Below, piece by piece: positions 53,927-64,000 of a stretch of DNA of 64,000 nt. Below the pieces are notes generated by a model. That model saw only the letters and a program-made list of their open reading frames with translations, had not been told where the DNA came from and did not search any database. Position numbers and translations under genes: made by a program. Numbering within the stretch: position 1 is the first letter of the stretch; each line of letters begins with the position of its first letter. Location: NCBI GenBank assembly GCA_040954595.2, contig CM082578.2, positions 16,997,703 through 17,061,702 of the forward strand. The letters run 5' to 3'. The DNA is from Balanoglossus misakiensis. Lineage: Eukaryota > Animalia > Hemichordata.

Positions 53927-56661
53927 GATTAAAATCACACAATTGTGCTTGGTTTGATCACTTTGAGTCAGTCTCAGTTCCAAAGCCTTCACTACGAAAA
54001 GCATTTCAAAAACGCAACACTTACCCGGTAAGCTGATCATTCCACGACGAACAGGAAACAACTGCGAATTAGCTCAAGTCCGTTCCTATTGTCGTGCAGC
54101 GTGTATAAGTACGCCCGACCACAGCACATTAGTGCGCCAAATAACCCTAGTCGGCAATTCCATATCCGCGTATCATACTTAAATAAAGCTGATTTTCTCT
54201 TTGCATGGTCTGAGCCAAAGCTATGCCTTACTGGAAATTGACACAAGGGGGCGTTGCAAAATACCAACCACGATGTGATTATTTTATTTCGAATGAGTGA
54301 CGTGTTGGGTGTATTATCCGCACATATAGACTGCAGTCACATCGTGTGCCTAAGTACAACAGAAATCGCATACTCATTAAAGACTGCATTGTAATTAAGT
54401 TATATGAGAAAAAGAAATAACGGACGAAAATGGAGTTTGATCTGGTTGGCGCTTTCTCGAACTAATTCTACAATTCTCTTACTTTGCTCGGACCGCGGAT
54501 GGTGAATTCTGATGTTGCTGGCGATATGGCCATTAATACGAAATAACATTTCCACAGCAAAAAATAAAAACATAAATGCTAATTATTTCTTGTCCTAAAG
54601 GAAGTGGGTAATTTACCTTAATGCACTCGCTTCTCAATATCGCATTTCGGTGACATGGTATGCCAATTATTATTTTGTTATTTGAGAGTTGATATCTCTC
54701 AGCGAGAGAGTTTTATTTAGCCGGGAGGAGAATTAGGCATGATTGAACCGTAGATCCAAATGATATAACGACACAGATTTACAACCTGGGACAGTCATGT
54801 GGTTGTTTTAGATTCTTAAATGAGAAAAGAAACAAAACCGCAAAAAGATGAGAAGTGTGTAAAATCACAACAAGGCCACTGCATATATAAATAGATTCTG
54901 ACCTCGTTTAAAATCTATAATTCCCTGGAGCTTAAAGTTCAATCCGTTACTCTGTATGTTTCGATCTCCTAATGTGTGGCAGAAGAAGTCGTGTCAATGC
55001 CAGGAAATAATCACCGAGTTTAATCATTAAATATGGTTATCTTTCAACTTTCTATATAATTCAGTTCCCTTTATATCACTGTAATCAAGGCCAATCTGTA
55101 CTTGAAAGCAAACACGCAAATGGAGTTTTTGTTATTTTTGTTAAAGAGAACAAAAAGAATGTGGGCTTTGGTGGTTCACTTCAGATGACAACACCAAACG
55201 ATGGTGAGTGAACAATGTGTCGATACGTTTCACTCTCTAGATAATTTATGTCCTTGGCTACTAAACAGATGATCGAAAAGAAAAATATGCACAAGTGAAA
55301 TATCATTAAGTTGAGTTTAAAAGTATAAATGGAACCAAGTGGAAGAACAATTCCATTTGACCCAATACTCCTCACACCCACACACACTATAACCCCCCCC
55401 CCCCCAAAAGAAGAAACCCATACCTGATCGGTTATTCTAAAAATCTGAACTCACTCTGTAATTACGCTAGCACTAACTATGCTGTACCCTTGCAGCTATA
55501 CTATCTTTGGACAGTAATCAATTGTGGACTTGTATATACCACCCTTTCCCAAAATCATCTCAGAGGGCTGCAAAGAGAAATTTATTCCATCATTTATAAG
55601 CGAGTACGCTATGTTGTTATTCTCAGTGTCATGCGTTCATTCACACAGTTTGATAACATGACCGATACATGTTAGACGTACAGTATAACGCTCTCACGAT
55701 TAAGCCAATATAGGTGTTTGCGGCACCCTGTGCGCAGAAAGGCTCACTTGTTGATTTATTACATCAAAGTCAATTTTTAAAATAATGCAATGTAAATGAA
55801 CAGAAAGAGTGATTAATGACGAGGGGTCATTCAATGGTCCCGCCATAAGCTCTTTAAATCACCTATCCAGTCGATATAGAATCTCAAGTCTGTGAGATGT
55901 GATGTCAATGCAGAAACATGAACAAACTGATTTGGCCAAATGTAGACGGCAGCTGCAGTAACAACAAACAACAATAATATTAGCCCTGTTTCTAAACATT
56001 GGCACTAACCATGCATTCTTCATTGGAACCTCTACCTGGAAAATGACCAATGCATTTTGCCAACAAAGAAATGATTCATAATCCATGGTTTGGAGCAGGC
56101 CTAAGATAGAAGATACATGTAGATTGCTGCATGCCCTTGATCAAATGGCAACTCTTTCTGCATTTCCACATTAAACATTTCAAGGAAACCAATGAAGACT
56201 ACCTAATTAATTGATGTTTCTTTGAATTCCATGAAGCAAAGAGCTACCTGATCAAAATTCCCATCATAACATCAACCCATGGTGTCCTCGGCGGGCTACA
56301 ATTTAAAGGAAATGTATATAAGTTGTGACTTTGCTATCAGGAAATAAATCCTGACGCAGCTCGATTGAACTTATCACAGGTACTCGAAGAGTTTCATATT
56401 GTATTTCAATACAGCCAAAGCACACTCGCCTTGATCCGCTCCCAAAAGGTACATTCCCAGCCTCTGGTTATCGAAGAGAATCGGAATAAAAACAAACATT
56501 TATTTATTATTCCTGTAACGACCAAGAGCATAATAAACCCCCAAAGGACTTGTTCAAAAGTCGTTGGTTTATCGTTATTTTCCCAGAGGACAAACTCACT
56601 CTAATGAGCAAAGCCAACTGAGGTTGTGTGAACAACGCATTGTGTTTTGAATCTATGTGAC

Positions 56662-56675
56662 GTTGCTAGGGTAAC
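56662..56675. promoter_or_regulatory. RFX X-box-like site
   Basis: GTTGCTAGGGTAAC, overlapping a TGACGT (CRE-like) half site. Confidence 0.45.
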
Positions 56676-59364
56676 GGGTCCTTTGAGATGACGACTTATG
56701 CAATCTGCACAAAACTGACGGCAGCATTCTTACTCGCGACGCCATGATATTGCATTTAAAACTCCACCTCATTTGTTGGCAACTGAAAATTTAAGATGCT
56801 TGGATTCCTTGTGCATGCGCGCGTATGTTCATGTGTCATTTTTCAGCAATATGCGGATACTCAGAGATATTTAGAATTGACTGCCCATGAATAGTGGTGC
56901 ATTTACCGAGATGCTATATCTCATCAATAGCCATTTCTTGCACTCATGATGTAGCATATATGGAACCATTCAAATCCAGTCAAGTCATTTACTGGGTGTG
57001 ATAAAATCAAACACAGCCATAATAACCCGAACATTGTAAACGTCAAAACGCATTGGAACCTTCCTGAATTGTGCATGGCGATAAGTACTCATTCAGGTGT
57101 TCTGTGATTTGAAACTTCTTTTTGTTTGCTATTATCTGCGCGTAAAACCATAAATCTAACTCTAGGTGAATTACTGTGACACTCACACGCAGCGAACTCA
57201 CAGTTTCGCCACACTTATCTACTCACATCTGTGTTTACGATCCTCATGCTAATGTATTTCCTTGTCAGTCGGGGTAGTATAATGTATTTCCCTGCGTTCT
57301 GATCACGCAAAACAGTTGCATTACCTGTAAATTACATGACAAGGGCGGAAAGCGAGTTATCGACTGAGTACCACGCTGACATAGACGTCGACACATAGTT
57401 TATTCTTCTGAAAGCTATCAGCAGGTTATAGCGATATTTTTATTCATGAAAGGCCCGGAGAAAACCCTTGCTGCCATTAATACAGACGTCACATTTTGAC
57501 TCTCAATGCAAGTTTGCTGCGAGCAATGCTCCGTATTTATTTACTTTGCTGAAGAAGGTTTCTGTGGAGGGGTAAATTTAACACATGCCTATCAAGAAGA
57601 TTAAAACACTACAGAATCAGCTTATGCTGCTTAATAGATAAAAGTAACCCTCAGAACTAGTCTATAAGAATATTCCGTAAATTGTGGGTGGCTGACACTC
57701 AACCACGGAAACCAAGGAAAGGTTCAATACCATAGACCTTTACAAATGCAAGGCAGAAAGGTTGCACAAAAAGCCCATATTTCTGACAAGGATGAAGAAG
57801 GCATACGAATTCACCGTTGGCAATAACATGATCTATCCTTTCAAAATCCTCTAAGAGCAAGTATAGTGTGATTGAATTCAATATCATACAGCTACCCCAT
57901 TATTTACATGCATGGGACATCATTAGCAGAGTAAATTCACATTTACCGTCAGCTGTCTTCTATTGCGTTTCATTGTTTTTAGAATTAGGGGGTTGTTCAC
58001 TGGCGTGAGTAGACATCCGTAACATGCGGCTTGAAGTATATCAGTGGCGCCGTTGTCACTGAGAGACCGGAATCGCTCGTTAGTCATTCTCTTGACATTT
58101 CATAGAATAAAATGACTGCAGTGATTGCTGATTTATATGGCGGTGGATTCTCACCAACAAAAATTTCACATGATAATGCAAGGTGATGTCCTACATGATG
58201 AAAGCATGTCTCATTTTCAGTGAGTTTATATTTGACACGATGTGTACATACAATGTAATGTGGTGTAATTCAGACCTAGTGATACTTGTGATATCCGCCG
58301 CCGCTACAGATCCAATTAGAAAACTATAATGTACATTTGTATACGGTCCCTCTTTACACGTTTCCATATCATATTGCCAAAAACTGTGGAGATGCATGTT
58401 ATTTAACAGTGAACGCACACCTACTAACAAATCTTGTATTGCTTTGGGTTGTGCATTTCTTTTCCACCGGATACTTTGGGTCTATATTTTCTGCAAGCTT
58501 TGTGATGATGGATGGACATGGGGATTTAAAGTGCCTGGATGGTGGTAAATTCGTAGGAATTCGAAACTGGTAATTAGTAACATATCTTTGATTCTATTGA
58601 ATCAATTTAAGTGGATCTTCAAGTACCATCATCTGACCAATAAAAAAGCAATACTTGGAGAAGTTCACTGAAAGCTGTCATAAAAATATGCATTATTGAA
58701 GAGAAGCATATTTCGAGGGCCATGGAAATTGAAAAGTTAAATGAATTATGGCGCAGCTTTTTATACAATGGTTTATCCATTAAGTGGATAATGAAAAAAA
58801 TGTCTACTAATGGTATTTGCAGTTCTATAAAAGTAGTATTGACAATCCTAGATGTCTGCCCTGGGAGTCCAATTACTTTCATTTTTGTGGATGAAAAATG
58901 ATTGCTGCTGAATTCAGGAAATCTAATCTCTAACGTCATCAGAATTTTATGTCCTGAATGCAATTTTAATAAGCCGATGAAAGTGACTAACAATTATATT
59001 CATTCTTAAAAGCTCGTAGTGAAATTCTTCTGTATATGTGGGGTTGCTGGTCATGTGACAGTTCCAACATTGCGTTTATGAATGTCATGTGACAAACAGC
59101 ATCACATATGACCTATGTTTGAGGGGGAGTTTATTGGCCAATAGATACGTTCAAGTGTCTGTATTCCTTTTACAGAATGTCGCTTATAAATTTACTGGTC
59201 ACTTGGACATAATCTGTAAATTCAGTCCGCTTCTAGCCTGTTAAGGTGCCAACAGGATTTCTTCAAATAGTGCGCATGACGTCATGTGTACAGGCCATTA
59301 CAGTAACATGCAAAATGGTATTTGCTGGCGACAAGGTGTTTTACATCATAGGCTATTCCTTGTA

Positions 59365-62300
59365 TTATGCAGACTTTTCAGGTACACTTCCTTGATCAGC
59401 CTCTTCTGTAGAAGTGCAGGCAACCTGCTCTGAGACCGGTGTGTTGCATGTGTTCCCTTGAGCGCTGTCAGCCTCCATCATGGCTTGGTTCAGCTCTTTC
59501 AGTTGGAAGGCCCTCGGCCTCCACCTTCTCCGCATGCAAGCCAATGCAACGAGAAGCAACGACCCGACCACAATTGTAGCCCCGCCGATAAAGAATGAAA
59601 GGCTGTAATTTCCAGTCTTGTCGTAAATATACCCTGTTTAAGAGAAATCATGATTACTTTAAAATAGTGTGTCTGTACACGTTCCCTCTCCTTATAATAA
59701 TTATCCCGGGACAGCTCACATTCTGCACTGTGCATTTGGTAGAGGTAGGCTGTGTAAATTCGTCCAGGCGGACCAATTTACTTACTAATTGGCTATTTGC
59801 AGAGAGTAGCCATATAATTTTGCCGATGGCAATTTCTAAGATCTTCGTTTGATAGATTATTGTGTTTTGAATGCCGAGGCTGACCAAAGCACTCATCGTT
59901 CGTGGTTCTCAGAGGGCATATAATCGGCTGAACATGAGTTGTTCCTCTGTTATCGTATTACAGTTATCTGTTATCTGGCCGAGTCATTTAACCACAGGTC
60001 GAATTAAATGAGTCTACCTTTCAGTTCACATCTTTGCAGTAAGTTCAAGGAGCCGATTCGTTCTGCATATAAAATAATGATGATTTCGCTTTCACCATTG
60101 CACACACACAAAAATAAAGGCATGATAACGCGGGTCAATTTCAACATGATCAAAAAATAACATGATTTTGAGGGTATATGAAACTGACAGCACAATTTGC
60201 CTCTTGATGCACGAAAACAACATCGATTACATTACTTATGTCAGTGTTTCATCAGTATTTAAAAATAAAAAATGTGAGAAAATAAACTGAAACTCCTCCA
60301 CCCTGGCCATGTGATATTTTTACAATTTATTTTGTTTAAAACCTGGATCCTTCAAGCACCCAGGACCGCAAGCTGTTAACTCATTTGTAAGCTCCAGTTT
60401 CAAATGAATTTATATTGACTTTTAGAAAATGACACATACTCTAAGAGTTACATTAATGTGAAAGACACAGTACCAAGAGTTGGTTTTTGGCCTTTAAATT
60501 GAATCTAATTTCCGGCTTCGAGAAAACCAATCAGGAAAGTAAACTTAAGTGACGATACTTTCGCTCTATGCACAGTTTACGGGAGAATTTGTTGAGTAAA
60601 AAAAGTACAGGCAACATGTTGTGCCACAATAAATAATATGTTTGTCTTGACACTGAGTATTTTTAGACTTCATAGCTGCATGTAAACAGGAAGAATACAT
60701 ACGTGTGCAGCTGATGTTGCCAACCCCGCAGCCTACATAATCAGTTTTACGGATTCCAATAAGCAATTAATGAACTAACAATAGGCAATAACTGTCCCCA
60801 GGGGCTTTATGGTAGAAATCATGCTAGAACAAACAACCTCGATTTAATTTATAGAAATATGATATTTCAGTTAATGACATGTGGACAATTTTCATGGACT
60901 TATCTTCGAAAAAGTGTTTTCACAGATTAAAAAAAAAATTAATATTTTTAAGTTAATTTCAAATCTGTTGCATAATATATGAATGGGTTTAAAGCATATG
61001 TCGCGCCTTTTTTGATGCATAGTGATTAACTCACCTGCGACAGGGGGTCCAAGAACCTGCGTAATACCGGTGAACATCAGGGAAAATCCATATGCATTTG
61101 TAAAACGGCCTTCTGTAACCACTTCCTTTATCATCGGTGCATCAAGAGCAGTTGCAACTCCCCTTACGATTCCCATGACACCAATAACAACCGCATAGGC
61201 TACATAGCCGTGGACAAGCGGCAGCACCACGATGATCAGCCCGTACGCGGCCATGGCTGCCCCATAAGTCTGCATATGCGACAGGCGAAGGGGATCAACA
61301 ATGAATCCTTGGCCAAAACTCCCGACCATTGCGCATATACCAAATATGGACATTAAGAACGCTGCATTTTGGGGCAGTATGCCCGTGTTCATGGCCATTG
61401 AAACCAAATGAATCAGAGGAATGTTGATTCCAAAGCTGAGAATGAGACGCGCTACAATGATCAGTGCGAAGAACCTGTCCTTGAAAAGTCCGAAATCAAA
61501 GTATTTATTGGTAGTTGCCACGAACGACACACAGCAAGATTTGGGTTTGTCACAGATTGTGCACCTATGTTGATTTTGATCCTGTAAACTTCCACTGTGA
61601 CCAGTTTCGATTAATTGGATCTCGTTTTCGTCACCTGTGCCTTCTTCAGGAAAATCGCCTTTAAGATAGATTGGACGCAAGAGGGCGCCTGTAACACATA
61701 AATTCAGAAAGATTCCACCAAATATCAACAGGGTCCCCCTCCAACCGTAAGTCGTCAAACAGAACTGAAGCAACGGCGCCATGACAAAAGCACCTAGACC
61801 GGAACCGATGATTGAAATGCCACTTGCTCGGGCAAGACGTTTCTGGAAGTAGCGACCGACCATAACATTGTGTGGCAGACGACAGAAACCTAAAAATATA
61901 CCTGTTGAATGAAAAAAACAAAAACACCCTGCATTATTCAGTTACAGCTCGTGTTAAATTCACGTTTCGAGCCTCAATGTAATAGGCAATATGTTCCTCG
62001 GTGCACTCAGAGTTCAAAATATTGCTGAATTTTATTCCTTCCTTGAAGGTTAAGGTCAACATTAAGTTCAAGTTCCTTCTTTTAGGCCATATTTAATTGC
62101 ATAGATGATTGCAGTGTGACTAAATAAATATTGAAAATATTTTTGAGCTTAAGTATGGTAATTTATAATGTGAAAAAAACCCTGTTTTCTACAGATTTAT
62201 ATACCCAAAATAAGTGAACTGGATTGGTTTGATTTTTATTATTTAAAACTTGCGAGTAGCATTAAATACCTGACTATGATGGGAGCCAGGCATAATGTTG

Positions 62301-63112
62301 TGAATTTACAAAGTTCACAGGCAAACAGCAAAAAGGTTTCCACACACCTGCAAATATTCCGAAACCTAAGGTCAATGTATAAATGTCATCTGTGAAGGAA
62401 CTCAGAATAGCGGCCAGTGCTGTTAGAAATCCGCCAGCCATCACTGATGTTCGATGCGAAAATCTTTGACTTATTGCTGCTGCAAAAGGACCTGGTAATG
62501 AAAGAGGGAAGAGAACTTAACACTTTTGTTTGAACAGCTCGATCCTCTTTCCCCTATAGAGGGGAAATAAAAGAACGACTTCTCAGAAAATATTAAAAGC
62601 GGCCTGCCAGCAAGGCGCCCATGGAAAACGATGATGAGCGCCACCACACTGTTTTTTAATGGTGGGATACATTCATGAGCCCGCCAGGATATCAATTGGT
62701 CCATCCCTCCTTGCTACACTCTGCAAGAAACTTATAGTGTTCGAATAAGACTTGCAGGTTCTACTTTGTCAACATGTAATAGTGTGTGGATAAAATACAC
62801 AGAACATATGCAATAGGTCTACCAGGTACAAGGCTAAGGAACACTGACATCTGTAATAGACAGACATACGAACCTACCTACGCACAGACTTAAAGAGGAA
62901 AACATGGATGCCATCCATGCCGTCGTCCCGGCGCCCTCTTCAAAGTACTTGACCAAACCAGCAAAGAACACACCAATAGCATTCTGTGTCCCTCTTATGA
63001 TAAACATACCGACAAAGCTAGCGATGACTATCATCCATCCCCATCCACCATCAGGGGCTTCTTCCAAGATTACCTTAGTCCTTTTATGCGAACAATTTCG
63101 TCTACATTTCAT
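59365..63112 (-). CDS. SLC16 family monocarboxylate transporter-like MFS protein, 4 coding exons, about 504 aa
   Basis: Exons 62878-63112 (APDGGWGW motif), 62348-62491 (GPFAAAISQRFSHR), 61035-61901 (GRYFQKRLARASG, YGWRG, LLRP, GPPVAG) and 59365-59633 (YIYDKTGNYSLSF...stop). All three introns are GT-AG and phase 1. Total 1515 nt in frame. A 5' UTR acceptor lies near 63204. The subfamily cannot be assigned by eye. Confidence 0.93.
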
Positions 63113-64000
63113 CTTTGCCCTCGTTTTTCAGGTCTATGAGTAGACAGGTTTTCCCGCAGAGAGACTTGCCCTCTGTCGGAGGTCAGATACTCAAATATCT
63201 ACACTGAAAAAAACATGAAAACAGGCCTTACCGGTAAAATACTGTATAATGCAACTGTCAGGATTAATGCAATCTTACAGTTTAACATACTCAACTGTGT
63301 CAAGTGCGTCATAACTTTACAACCCGGAAGTTGTCCCCCTTGTGTTGGCTGTCACCAGTGTTATTTATGAAAAAGCACATATCTTGGCAAATATCATTCA
63401 ACCATCTAATAAGGCTGCCCTTAGGCATCATTTTCAACTTTTACCATTCGTGCCCCTTACATTCTGTACTGCAATTTGGTAATGGGTTATATAGGCTTGG
63501 TAGTGAGTTCATGAGGGACAGTTCTTCCTGCTTTGATCACGTTGTTTCGGTTTCATGATACCATGTATATCGCACCCGTTCTTACGAACAATGTATTACT
63601 TTGCAGCGATTAATTCACTCACCACTAAAAATGTACAGCCACATATATGCCACAATTAATCTTCTCCATTGGTAAAGTTCTCGTCAGTTTCTGGTCTACT
63701 ATAGTCACTTTGCTCCATATCTGAGCGTCCCTGTCCTATATTCCGGGACACACTGTTCTACTTATCATATGAATGAAGTTCACATGAGGTCATCAAGCGA
63801 CTGCACGTAAGCATTTGTATGAGTGCGAGAATTCAAACAATGCAGCATGGTTGAAAGTTCACTTCCTTAACGACCAATTTGTGTAACTTCTTTAATGCAT
63901 GTGTATCCTCTGCGTGACCAGAATTTTGTTTTACTCAAACGTACCGGTACACCTTCACTTTAATATGCCAAACCCTCGCTAAACGATGAATTTTTCTTGA

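Noticed and set aside
58337-58993. ORFs of 78-124 aa downstream of the SLC16 gene, possibly a decayed element
   Set aside because: No recognisable domain motif in the frames examined.
1-64000. CRISPR arrays, operons or other prokaryotic systems
   Set aside because: The sequence is intron-containing animal DNA, and I saw no regularly spaced repeat-spacer array.

Overview
AT-rich animal genomic DNA with spliceosomal GT-AG introns and many microsatellites. It is probably an invertebrate deuterostome such as a hemichordate or echinoderm (inference only). I can support four protein-coding genes, all on the minus strand. (1) The 5' part of an EEA1 (early endosome antigen 1) ortholog, 58-3861, which runs off the left edge. 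Its reading frame closes only if a 5-nt microexon at 1874-1878 is included. (2) A single-coding-exon rhodopsin-class orphan GPCR, 7333-8478. (3) A divergent paralogous GPCR, 43422-44477, that has lost the DRY, NPxxY and D2.50 switch residues but keeps an intact ORF. (4) A complete 4-exon SLC16/MCT transporter, 59365-63112, lacking the canonical TM8 Asp/Arg pair. The long non-coding stretches hold LINE RT relics, a TTAA-type MITE, several RFX X-box palindromes, and a marked excess of short TA-flanked words (TACATGTA, TACCGGTA, TACCCGGTA, TACAGTA and chained forms). These words look like accumulated Tc1/mariner excision footprints. Most short ORFs in the supplied track are noise. All counts and alignments were done by eye.
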